DNA of 45,063 bases from Proteobacteria bacterium UBA7420. Its GTDB lineage: Bacteria > Pseudomonadota > Gammaproteobacteria > Magnimaribacterales > D2472. How positions within the stretch are numbered: the first letter of the stretch is position 1; the number at the start of each line of letters is the position of its first letter. Shown in pieces: positions 27,544-35,712 of this stretch. The stretch lies in contig DKMG01000095.1 in NCBI GenBank assembly GCA_002469975.1, forward strand, positions 1 to 45,063. The letters are read 5' to 3'. The notes beneath the pieces were generated by a model. It saw nothing but the letters and a program-made list of their open reading frames with translations, did not search any database and was not told the DNA's origin. Position numbers and translations under genes: made by a program.

Positions 27544-28752
27544 ATGGAAAAATCTTTGGAATCTAAATTCACTGCCTTAAAAGCACAAGGCCTATCAATT
27601 GACTTAACTCGAGGCAAGCCAGGATCAGAGCAGTTGGATTTATCTAATTTATTGCTGAGCATGGAGGTTTCCCCTCAGAGTTCCAATGGAACTGATGTGC
27701 GAAACTATGGAGAGCCCCTGGGCATCTTGGAGGCAAGAGAGCTTGGTGCAAGCCTCTTGTCAGCCCCAATAGACAGCACCTTAGTTGGAGAGCAATCTAG
27801 CCTGTTGTTGATCTATCAATTGATTCTTGCAAACTACTTATTTGGTCTAAAAAATCCCTGGAAAGATCAAGAGAATCTTAAATTTATATGCCCCGTACCT
27901 GGTTTTGATAGACACTTTAGGCTGCTTGAAGATTTTGGAATAGAGATGTTAACCGTTCCTTTGACCGGATCTGGAATTGACATGAAAGCTGTGCATGCAC
28001 TGCTGCAAGAGCATGAGAATATTAAGGGTATTATTTGTGTGCCACGGCACTCTAATCCAACAGGCGATACTTACACTGATGAAAATATTTCAGCCCTGCT
28101 TGAAGCTGGTAAAGCTTATTCTGAGGAGTTTTTATTTATTTTTGATCATGCGTATTTGCTTCATGATTTTTTACCTTCGCTATGTCAAACACCAACCTGG
28201 GAGCTAATTAAGCAATCTGAAGTAGAGGATCAAGCAGCAGTTTTTTGCTCATTCTCCAAGGTTACTTTCGGCGGTGGCGGCTTGGCTTTTGCAGCAGCAG
28301 GCAAGCCGGTCTTTGATTTATTGATAAGACAAAGAGCCTCCATGATTGTGTGCTCTGATAAACCCAATCAATTACGCCATGTACAATTTCTAAAAGATCA
28401 TGCTGGGGTTATTAAGCACATGAGCAAGCATGCTGAGATTGTTCGACCTAAATTTGAACTAGCTTTTGCAGCTTTGGATGCTTTAAGTCCTGACATAGGA
28501 GATTATCAAAGACCAACTGGCGGGTACTTTATTTCATACAATGCTAAGCGACCCATCGCGACAAGAGTTATTGAGCTTTGCAAGGAAGTGGGGGTATTAA
28601 TTACACCAGCAGGATCAACCTTTCCTCATTTTCTTGATCCCTTGGATTCAAACATTCGACTGGCACCTACTTTTTTAGGAATTGATGAGCTAAAGATTGC
28701 AATGGATGTGTTCGTGACCGCCTTGGAAATAGCCCATCAAGAAACTGCTTAG
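27544..28752 (+). CDS. Class I/II-fold PLP-dependent aminotransferase
   Basis: PRHSNPTGDTY, FDHAYL and CSFSKVTFGGGG (SxSK PLP lysine) motifs. 402 aa. Substrate not inferable. Confidence 0.7.
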   Translation: MEKSLESKFTALKAQGLSIDLTRGKPGSEQLDLSNLLLSMEVSPQSSNGTDVRNYGEPLGILEARELGASLLSAPIDSTLVGEQSSLLLIYQLILANYLFGLKNPWKDQENLKFICPVPGFDRHFRLLEDFGIEMLTVPLTGSGIDMKAVHALLQEHENIKGIICVPRHSNPTGDTYTDENISALLEAGKAYSEEFLFIFDHAYLLHDFLPSLCQTPTWELIKQSEVEDQAAVFCSFSKVTFGGGGLAFAAAGKPVFDLLIRQRASMIVCSDKPNQLRHVQFLKDHAGVIKHMSKHAEIVRPKFELAFAALDALSPDIGDYQRPTGGYFISYNAKRPIATRVIELCKEVGVLITPAGSTFPHFLDPLDSNIRLAPTFLGIDELKIAMDVFVTALEIAHQETA

Positions 28753-29093
28753 TTTATAGCTCTTGCCATGGGTATAAATTTACCATTTTCAAAATGAGAG
28801 AAGAGGTTTTGAATTTCAGGGTGCTTGGGCAAGTCCTCTGATTCATCGTGGAGTAAATTTTGCTCTGAAACATATGCAATATAAAAAATATGCCCATTTT
28901 CTGCAAAGAGATGATAGAAGGGTTGATTTTTAATGGGTCGAATAGAAGATGGAATCGACTGATACCATTCTTCGGTATTATTGAACTCCGGATCGACATC
29001 AAAGATCACGCCGCGAAAATCTAAAAACCTATGCTTGACCACCGCTCCGATCGCAAACTTTGTTTCTACTAACTCTTGTTTTATATTGTCCAT
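28749..29093 (-). CDS. hspQ: Heat-shock protein HspQ (YccV, hemimethylated-DNA-binding fold)
   Basis: KFAIGAVVKHRFLDFRGVIFDVDP...PFYHLFAENG parallels E. coli HspQ (SKFGIGQQVRH...GVVVDIDP...PWYHVV). I chose the ATG at 29093 (114 aa). The ORF-track TTG at 29129 adds 12 unlikely residues. Confidence 0.75.
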   Translation of the reverse strand: MDNIKQELVETKFAIGAVVKHRFLDFRGVIFDVDPEFNNTEEWYQSIPSSIRPIKNQPFYHLFAENGHIFYIAYVSEQNLLHDESEDLPKHPEIQNLFSHFENGKFIPMARAIN

Positions 29094-29132
29094 ATCAATA
29101 AGTAAATTATACCCAGTTAATAGGCACAAATA

Positions 29133-29450
29133 ATGTTAGTTTCCTCGACCCCGACCATAGAAGGCAAAAAAATTGAAACCTACCACGGTGTTGTAACCGG
29201 TAGCACCGTTCGAGCTCGACATCTGGGCACAGATATTCTGGCGACTTTAAAAAATCTAATTGGTGGAGAGCTCAAGAGCTACTCTATTTTATTAACTGCT
29301 GCACGAGAAGAAGCAGTTGACCGAATGATTGCAAACGCAGAGGCACTAGATGCTAATGCAATTCTAAATTTTAGATTCCAAACCTCTACCATTGCAGCTG
29401 GAGCTTCTGAAGTTATTGCTTATGGAACAGCGGTAACACTAGGTGATTAA
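29133..29450 (+). CDS. ybjQ: YbjQ/UPF0145 family protein
   Basis: 105 aa. VSSTPTIEGKKIETYHGVVTGSTVRARHLGTDI...GGELKSY is a typical YbjQ_1 sequence. Confidence 0.8.
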   Translation: MLVSSTPTIEGKKIETYHGVVTGSTVRARHLGTDILATLKNLIGGELKSYSILLTAAREEAVDRMIANAEALDANAILNFRFQTSTIAAGASEVIAYGTAVTLGD

Positions 29451-30066
29451 CTCTATTAAAGTTTTTGGAGAGCGGCATTGCGGGACTAATGCCATCGGCT
29501 ATTTTGCTGGTAAAAACTTCAATCTAAGATTTCAACATTACGATTTTCTTGGGTGGAAGCATCGTTTAGCTCCCAAGCAAGAAGAGTGGTCAAAGTTTAC
29601 TGTAGATCAGTGCCTCTTTATCTTCTGCTTAAGAAACCCATACTCATGGTTGAAGGCCATGCATCGAGAGCCTTACTATGACCATTACCCAAAAATCAAA
29701 GAGCTGAGTTTTGAACAATTTATTCAATTCTCCATTGAGGATTATGAAAACTCTATAACTATGTGGAATCAAAAAAATGCGAGCTATTTAAGCATGGCGG
29801 CTGAGGTTCCGCATGCGATGATTGTTCCCCTAGAAAGATTTCATTCTTCTCAGGCAGGAGTTCATTTAGAGATTCAGCAGATTCTTGGGTATTCAGATAC
29901 ACCCCTCATTCCCATGCAAGATTATGTCAATGGCAGAGGGGTGCATGCTCAAAAAGATATTGAATCTGCATTAGCCATCCCCACATTAGATCAAAATGTC
30001 ATAGAATTAATTAATGCCTCTTTGTCCCAAAAGGTCATGAAGCAATGCAATTATCAACAGATTTAA
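29443..30066 (+). CDS. Hypothetical protein with sulfotransferase-like motifs
   Basis: N-terminal VFGERHCGTN resembles the PAPS 5'-phosphosulfate-binding loop, and FCLRNPYSWLKAM resembles the 3'-phosphate-binding RNP..S motif. GTG start overlaps the ybjQ end by 8 nt. Confidence 0.45.
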   Translation: MINSIKVFGERHCGTNAIGYFAGKNFNLRFQHYDFLGWKHRLAPKQEEWSKFTVDQCLFIFCLRNPYSWLKAMHREPYYDHYPKIKELSFEQFIQFSIEDYENSITMWNQKNASYLSMAAEVPHAMIVPLERFHSSQAGVHLEIQQILGYSDTPLIPMQDYVNGRGVHAQKDIESALAIPTLDQNVIELINASLSQKVMKQCNYQQI

Positions 30067-30081
30067 AACCAAGACAAAAAT

Positions 30082-30306
30082 ATGAACAACAAAGAAAAAG
30101 CTGCATTCAGGGAAAGTGTCATAGTCGTCATGATGGGCTTAGCCATCAATTTCCCCCTACAAACTTTTCTGCTTTGGCTCACCATTGACAGTTGGAGCTG
30201 GACGAATACCTTGGCCATCTCTCTTTTCACACAAGCAATTTTAACTGTGGTGGCCTTGATTAGAGTGTATTCAATTCGAATGAGGTTTCTGCGAGGAAAA
30301 TTTTGA
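30082..30306 (+). CDS. Small two-TM membrane protein, unknown function
   Basis: 74 aa with two hydrophobic helices and a basic C-terminus (RMRFLRGKF). 15 nt downstream of the preceding gene, same strand. Confidence 0.4.
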   Translation: MNNKEKAAFRESVIVVMMGLAINFPLQTFLLWLTIDSWSWTNTLAISLFTQAILTVVALIRVYSIRMRFLRGKF

Positions 30307-30362
30307 GCCTCCCAATGATCGATTATGGCTATCAGGCTCTTTATACTGAATGCCCAATGACA

Positions 30363-31730
30363 TTATTTAATTGATCTAAGCGACCTCACATTAGATTCAA
30401 TAAATTTCATAATAGCAGCGGCGACATTAACTCCAGAGGTTGATTCTATTCCCTCTAGCCCAGGTGAGCTATTTACCTCAAGCACTTTTGGGCCATCATT
30501 CGTTCTTATAATATCAACGCCGGCCACATTTAAACCAAGTACCCTAGAGGCTCGAATCGCGATATCTCTTTCCTCTTTTGTGATCTCAATTGGGCTGCCA
30601 GAGCCACCAGCGTGAAGGTTGGATTTAAATTCACCTTCTGCAGCTGTCCTTAGCATGGAGGCCACCACTTTTCTACCTACTACAAAACACCTTAGATCTG
30701 AGCCACCTGCTTCTTTAATAAATTCTTGGGAGATAAAATTTGCATCCAGCCCCTGAAATGCACCAATGACTGCAGATGCTGCCTTGCTAGTCTCAGCTAA
30801 CACGACTCCCCGACCTCCAGTGCTATTTAAAAGCTTTAAGACCAAAGGTGATCCTCCCGTCAACGCAATAAGATTCTTTGTATCTTTTGGGGAACTTGCA
30901 AAAGCTGTATCTGGCATTGGAATTTTATGACGGACTAGAATTTGATGTGCAGCTAATTTATCTCTAGAGGATCCAATGGCATCTGCTGAATTTATACAAT
31001 ATGTTCCCATAGCTTGAAACTGACGAACTACAGCCATCCCGTAAAAAGTAACTGAAACACCAATTCTAGGAATAACAGCATCATAGTGGGGCAGAGCCAC
31101 ACCATCATAATGAATTTCTGGATTTCTAGAGTTAATGTTCAGGTAACATCTTTTGGTATTAATAACATCAACTTCATGATTCATGCTTTCCGCTACCTGA
31201 ATGAACCTTTTTATTGAGTAATTCTTTGGACTCATCGTTAAGATAGCAATCTTTAAACTACCGAAAGATGGCTTGTTCTTGACGATCTTTTTGTACTTCT
31301 CATAAGATAGCTCTGGCTGCATAAAAGAGGCATCAGGAATTACCGTGAGTTTTTCTAGGGCTTGCCTGCCCAAGATCATTCTGTAAGCCATATTTTCTCT
31401 ATTGGTTAATGAAATCTCTATGTCCCATGTTTTTGGCCCTATTTTTATAGATGTGGAAATAATATATCTGAGTTCTGATGCCCCATTTGAGGAGGTCACC
31501 TCTCGCTGATCAATTACTTTTGCTGAGCACAGAATCCTTACTTCTGGCTGCTGAACATCTGGCGACAACTCAAAAATTACTTTTCTATTTTTAGCTGTGC
31601 CAGCTAATCTAATATTGTTTGCATGAAGAGCAGAAGTTTTAGCACCAGTATCAGTTTTAATTTTTAAGGCTGAAATACCAAGTTTTGGAAATGACGCCCA
31701 TTCTTCCCATCCAATTTGAAAATCTTTCAT
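30363..31730 (-). CDS. rimK: Fusion protein: N-terminal DUF785 retropepsin-like 'ATP-dependent zinc protease' domain + C-terminal RimK-type ATP-grasp glutamate ligase
   Basis: N-terminus IGWEEWASFPKLGISALKIKTDTGAKTSALHA (DUF785, contains D-T-G-A). C-terminus is ATP-grasp: PLVLKLLNSTGGRGVVL ... LRCFVVG ... AGVDIIRTNDGPKVLEVNSSPGLEGIE. I preferred the ATG at 31730 over the TTG at 31736. Confidence 0.8.
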   Translation of the reverse strand: MKDFQIGWEEWASFPKLGISALKIKTDTGAKTSALHANNIRLAGTAKNRKVIFELSPDVQQPEVRILCSAKVIDQREVTSSNGASELRYIISTSIKIGPKTWDIEISLTNRENMAYRMILGRQALEKLTVIPDASFMQPELSYEKYKKIVKNKPSFGSLKIAILTMSPKNYSIKRFIQVAESMNHEVDVINTKRCYLNINSRNPEIHYDGVALPHYDAVIPRIGVSVTFYGMAVVRQFQAMGTYCINSADAIGSSRDKLAAHQILVRHKIPMPDTAFASSPKDTKNLIALTGGSPLVLKLLNSTGGRGVVLAETSKAASAVIGAFQGLDANFISQEFIKEAGGSDLRCFVVGRKVVASMLRTAAEGEFKSNLHAGGSGSPIEITKEERDIAIRASRVLGLNVAGVDIIRTNDGPKVLEVNSSPGLEGIESTSGVNVAAAIMKFIESNVRSLRSIK

Positions 31731-31762
31731 CGGCAAATTATATGCTGAAGATGGCGTTTTGA

Positions 31763-33187
31763 TTATAGATTTTTAATTTGGAGATCAGCTTTAATTTTTT
31801 GATGCGATTGCTTAGTAATTTTATAACGTGCATAAAAAAATGCCGCAATTAAACCCCAGATCATTGCAAAAGGGCCATCAATTAAACCAAGATGAAATAT
31901 AGTCTCATTAGAGATCTCTCCAGGCTTACTATTAGTTGGAAAGTTAATAAAATCCAATGCAAGCCCCGCAACCACATGACCAATGCCGCTTGAAGTCTTT
32001 GCAAAGAGGGTCCTTGCTGCATAAAAAACCCCTTCCTGCCTTACGCCTGTATTGAGTTCGTGCTCATCTGCTATGTCTGCCAAGGCAGACATCACGCTGA
32101 TGTTTAAAACTGAACCGCCGACAGAGGTAATGGAGCCAAAAAAAATAATAAAGATAACTAAATTTGTTGAGCTATTTTCTGGGGCTAGCCCTAGCAGCCT
32201 TAGATTTACCGCAGCAGACCAGAAGATACTCAGCACAATTACACTGACAACCATGATCACCGGCTTATCAAATCTTTGGTGCAGCCTTGCCGTGATTGCA
32301 AACCCAAGACCGAATCCTAAAATATTATTAATGACTAATAGCCCAATTTGTGTGGGTGAGAGCTCCCAAAAAAAGGTCCCCATATAAATGGCAAGTGTTT
32401 CATGAGTTCCTATAAGAAGGGTAATAAAAAACATTCCAGCAACCAGTCTTAAATAGTTTCGATTGCCAAGCGCTCCAATAATATCTTGCAATAAATCCAT
32501 AGGTGAAATTTTGGGAGTACTATCTAAAGGCTGTTTTAAATAAGGAATGCGATCTCTTGTAAAGTATGCAGAAGATAGGATGCATACAGCAATTAAGATG
32601 GTGCTGAAGATAACGATAGGGGTATATGCCGCTTGATTGAGCTGACCAATTTCTTCTCCCGAAAAATTAGGAAACACAAGAAACCATGCAAATATATGCA
32701 TGATAATCACGCCCATGTAGCCAAGAAGATTGTTGTAACTCATCACTCTACTTCTCTCAATATAATCCTCTGAGAGCTCTGCGCCGAGAGCTAAATGAGG
32801 AACCGCAAACAAGGTAATGCTAACTCTCAGAATAATTGTGGTTCCAATCAACCAGGCAAATAATCCATAGTTTGATAGCCCATCAGGCGGGAAAAACATT
32901 AAGCAGATTGCCAGCACAGTGGGGAAGGGAGCAAAGAACATAAACGGATGCCTGCGTCCCCATTTAGATTTAAAGCGATCAGAGATAGATCCCATAACAG
33001 GATCAGAGATTGCATCAAAAATAATGGCTATTAATACTGCAAACCCGGTAAGAGAGCCTGAAAGACCGAGAACCTGATTATAGAAAAAGAAAGTGATGCC
33101 TGAAAATATCCAGTTTGTTGCAGCCTCACCGGTGGCGCCTATACCAAAAGCTAATTTAGTTTTTACTGTTAGTTGTTCTGCGTCCAA
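31763..33187 (-). CDS. MFS transporter, glycoside-pentoside-hexuronide (GPH/MelB-like) cation symporter family
   Basis: 474 aa, about 12 TM. N-terminus KLAFGIGATGEAATNWIFSGITFFFYNQVLGLS and ISDRFKSKWGRRHPFM are GPH hallmarks. TTG start. Confidence 0.75.
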   Translation of the reverse strand: MDAEQLTVKTKLAFGIGATGEAATNWIFSGITFFFYNQVLGLSGSLTGFAVLIAIIFDAISDPVMGSISDRFKSKWGRRHPFMFFAPFPTVLAICLMFFPPDGLSNYGLFAWLIGTTIILRVSITLFAVPHLALGAELSEDYIERSRVMSYNNLLGYMGVIIMHIFAWFLVFPNFSGEEIGQLNQAAYTPIVIFSTILIAVCILSSAYFTRDRIPYLKQPLDSTPKISPMDLLQDIIGALGNRNYLRLVAGMFFITLLIGTHETLAIYMGTFFWELSPTQIGLLVINNILGFGLGFAITARLHQRFDKPVIMVVSVIVLSIFWSAAVNLRLLGLAPENSSTNLVIFIIFFGSITSVGGSVLNISVMSALADIADEHELNTGVRQEGVFYAARTLFAKTSSGIGHVVAGLALDFINFPTNSKPGEISNETIFHLGLIDGPFAMIWGLIAAFFYARYKITKQSHQKIKADLQIKNL

Positions 33188-33243
33188 GTTGATACTTTTC
33201 CCTTCATTCTAGCCTTGAAAGAGTGTTTAGGTAAAATAACTAG

Positions 33244-34032
33244 ATGGAATTAAAAATGTACCAAGTTGACGCCTTTGCTTCAAAATTATTTTCAGGCAAT
33301 CCCGCTGCGGTGGTGATTGTAGAATCTCCTCTTTCAGAAGAGTTAATGCAATCGATAGCACTAGAAAACAATCTCTCTGAAACAGCCTTTGTTAGCATTC
33401 ATGATACCCCGATATCTATTAGATGGTTTACCCCTTTAATTGAGGTTGACCTTTGTGGCCATGCCACTCTAGCAAGCGCTCAAATACTTTTCGAGCATTT
33501 CCCTGAACTGTCTGGTAATGAGATCACTTTTACTTCCAAAAGTGGAAAATTAACAGTCTCCAAGAACAAAGACAATCTTTGTCTTAATTGTCCTATAGAC
33601 CAACCAAATATTTTGGAACCTGACCCATTATTTACAGAAATCTTGGGAAAGGAGCCAGAGAAATTACTGAAAGGAAAAGATGATTATTTAGCAGTTTTTA
33701 AAACTCAAACTCAAATTGAAGAGATGCAACCACATTTTCAATTACTGTCAGAGATTCATGCTCGTGGACTTGTGATCTCTGCTCCAGGGGATGATGTAGA
33801 TTTTGTTTCTAGATGTTTTTACCCCCAGGCTGGAATTGCAGAGGATCCAGTTACAGGCTCAGCTCACACAATGCTCACTCCTTATTGGGCTAAACAATTG
33901 AAAAAAGATGAACTTTCAGCACGTCAATTATCTAAAAGAGGTGGGAATCTTGCTTGTAGACTGGCTGATGATCGAGTATTAATATCAGGTACAAGCGTGA
34001 TTTATTTTGCTGGAATCATTTCTATTGTTTAA
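33244..34032 (+). CDS. PhzF-family isomerase-like protein
   Basis: YQVDAFASKLFSGNPAAVV, SETAFV, FTPLIEVDLCGHATLA and DPVTGSAH motifs. 262 aa. Confidence 0.85.
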   Translation: MELKMYQVDAFASKLFSGNPAAVVIVESPLSEELMQSIALENNLSETAFVSIHDTPISIRWFTPLIEVDLCGHATLASAQILFEHFPELSGNEITFTSKSGKLTVSKNKDNLCLNCPIDQPNILEPDPLFTEILGKEPEKLLKGKDDYLAVFKTQTQIEEMQPHFQLLSEIHARGLVISAPGDDVDFVSRCFYPQAGIAEDPVTGSAHTMLTPYWAKQLKKDELSARQLSKRGGNLACRLADDRVLISGTSVIYFAGIISIV

Positions 34033-34063
34033 ACTTTAACTTTATTTATTTAGGAGAAAATTG

Positions 34064-34429
34064 ATGACCATTTATATTATCTATGCTTTATTGCTTACTA
34101 TTACTCAGGTTTGGATTGTGCCAATGGCTTTTAATGCAAACAATTTTAGCTGGCTTACCTCCAATAGAGATGAACCAATTAATTCATCAGTCATGGCGGG
34201 GCGTGCAAGTAGAGCCAGTACAAATTTACAAGAAAGCCTTCCAGCATTTTTGGCATTAGCTTTATTATCAATGCAGTTAGATATAGATGTGACAGGACTG
34301 GCATGCTGGTGGCTAGCTTTTAGGGTGGGTCATGTCATTACATATATCGCAGGCATAGCGTTATTAAGAACATTAACTTGGTTTGGCTCTATTATCTCTT
34401 TAATCATGATGGCACTAGCCTTGATATAA
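34064..34429 (+). CDS. MAPEG family membrane protein (glutathione-transferase-like)
   Basis: 121 aa, 3-4 TM, with R..RASTNLQESLPAFLALALL resembling the MAPEG R.H.N..E..P.F motif. ATG at 34064 is preceded by AGGAGAAAA. Confidence 0.65.
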   Translation: MTIYIIYALLLTITQVWIVPMAFNANNFSWLTSNRDEPINSSVMAGRASRASTNLQESLPAFLALALLSMQLDIDVTGLACWWLAFRVGHVITYIAGIALLRTLTWFGSIISLIMMALALI

Positions 34430-34447
34430 GACAGAGAGATGCAAAGC

Positions 34448-34473
34448 AAAAAAGGGGCTAAAGCCCCTTTTTT
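34448..34473. terminator. Bidirectional rho-independent terminator
   Basis: AAAAAA-GGGGC-taaa-GCCCC-TTTTTT: a GC stem with a 4-nt loop, flanked by an A-tract and a T-tract. It lies between the convergent MAPEG (+) and MDR oxidoreductase (-) genes. Confidence 0.7.
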
Positions 34474-34504
34474 AATTAGATAAAATACTATCTTTATTTA
34501 TCTT

Positions 34505-35617
34505 TTAGCCATTAGGGTTGATTAATACTTTTTCACCAGTTGCTTGCTTGGCATACACCATCAAAGCCTCGAGAGTTAAGGCGCCCTCTAAAGAAACTTC
34601 TTGAGTGTACTTGCTAGCAAATGTAGTTTTGATTTCATTGGCAACCCTAGCTTGAAGCTCACCCACTTTTTCAAATCCAACTTTTCCTAGGAATGGTGTT
34701 AATAAAAATCCACCAATGCCCCAATACATCCCAAAAGTCCGATTATTTGGCAAAGTAATTCCAGACTGATTTAGCCCACCGTAAATATAGACTTGCTTGT
34801 GTTGAGTTGAACCATAGGGACTATACTCAGTTGCATTTTTTCTTGCTGCAACTTCCATGCAGGTTAGTATCTTTCCGGCTAATTCGCCTCCACCAGTAGC
34901 ATCAAATGCAAGAGTTGCTTTTGTTTCAATGATCGCTGCAGTTAGCTGTTCCATGAAATCATCATCAGAGGAATTACACACAAATTGTGCGCCAATGGAT
35001 TTTAATAAATCAACGTGCTCTTGTTTTCGAACAATGTTAACAAGCTGTACCCCATCATCTACACATATTTTAACAAGCATTTGGCCTAAATTAGAGGCAG
35101 CAGCTGTATGAACAAGCGCTGTGTGTCCTTCCATTTTCATGGTCTCTACCATGCCAAGAGCCGTCAACGGATTCACAAAGCTTGATGCGCAATCTCTAGG
35201 TTCGGTTCCTTCATTCATGACCATACAGCTTGCTGCAGGAAGACATCTATATTGAGAGTACATACCCCCTCCAACCACGCTCACAACTTTGCCTAATAAT
35301 TCTTGCGCATTTGCGCCGGCTTCAATTACAACCCCAGAGCCTTCGTTTCCAACGGGCATTGAAATATTAAGTCTTGGCTGCATTGCACTCATAATTGCTG
35401 CAGGAACATCCATGGTAATTTTAGAGCCTTCAACCTTAAGAGTGTTGATGTCGCCAGGTCCAAGCAATAAACCTAGATCTGATGGATTAATTGGCGTTGC
35501 CTGAACCTCTATTAAGACCTCATCATCTTTTGGCACTGGTCGGGCTGAATCAGTGATGGCTATTTCAAGCTTGCCTTGGTCGGTTACAGTAGATGTAATT
35601 TGTTTATTTGTTGTCAT
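34505..35617 (-). CDS. Medium-chain dehydrogenase/reductase (NADPH:quinone oxidoreductase / enoyl-reductase-like)
   Basis: GroES-like N-domain (DDEVLIEVQATPINPSD), MPVGNEGSGVV and cofactor loop HTAAASNLGQM. 370 aa. No obvious catalytic Zn Cys/His set. Confidence 0.75.
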   Translation of the reverse strand: MTTNKQITSTVTDQGKLEIAITDSARPVPKDDEVLIEVQATPINPSDLGLLLGPGDINTLKVEGSKITMDVPAAIMSAMQPRLNISMPVGNEGSGVVIEAGANAQELLGKVVSVVGGGMYSQYRCLPAASCMVMNEGTEPRDCASSFVNPLTALGMVETMKMEGHTALVHTAAASNLGQMLVKICVDDGVQLVNIVRKQEHVDLLKSIGAQFVCNSSDDDFMEQLTAAIIETKATLAFDATGGGELAGKILTCMEVAARKNATEYSPYGSTQHKQVYIYGGLNQSGITLPNNRTFGMYWGIGGFLLTPFLGKVGFEKVGELQARVANEIKTTFASKYTQEVSLEGALTLEALMVYAKQATGEKVLINPNG

Positions 35618-35666
35618 TTTTTCTCCAAAGAGTTAAATCATATTAATATAAGAACATCACTATACA

Positions 35667-35686
35667 ACTTAGAGCATGCTCTAAGT
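35667..35686. promoter_or_regulatory. Perfect 20-bp palindrome ACTTAGAGCA|TGCTCTAAGT (candidate operator)
   Basis: All 10 base pairs are complementary, checked position by position. It sits in the 95-nt divergent intergenic region, 26 nt upstream of the monooxygenase ATG, immediately after a TATACA -10-like hexamer. Confidence 0.45.
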
Positions 35687-35712
35687 CAAGGAAACGGGAT
35701 TTAAAAATATTT

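Noticed and set aside
30305-30339. GAGCCT ... AGGCTC inverted repeat followed by TTTAT after the 74-aa gene, considered as a possible terminator.
   Set aside because: It has only a 6-bp stem with a 23-nt loop and a weak, interrupted U-tract, so it is not convincing without 3'-end mapping.
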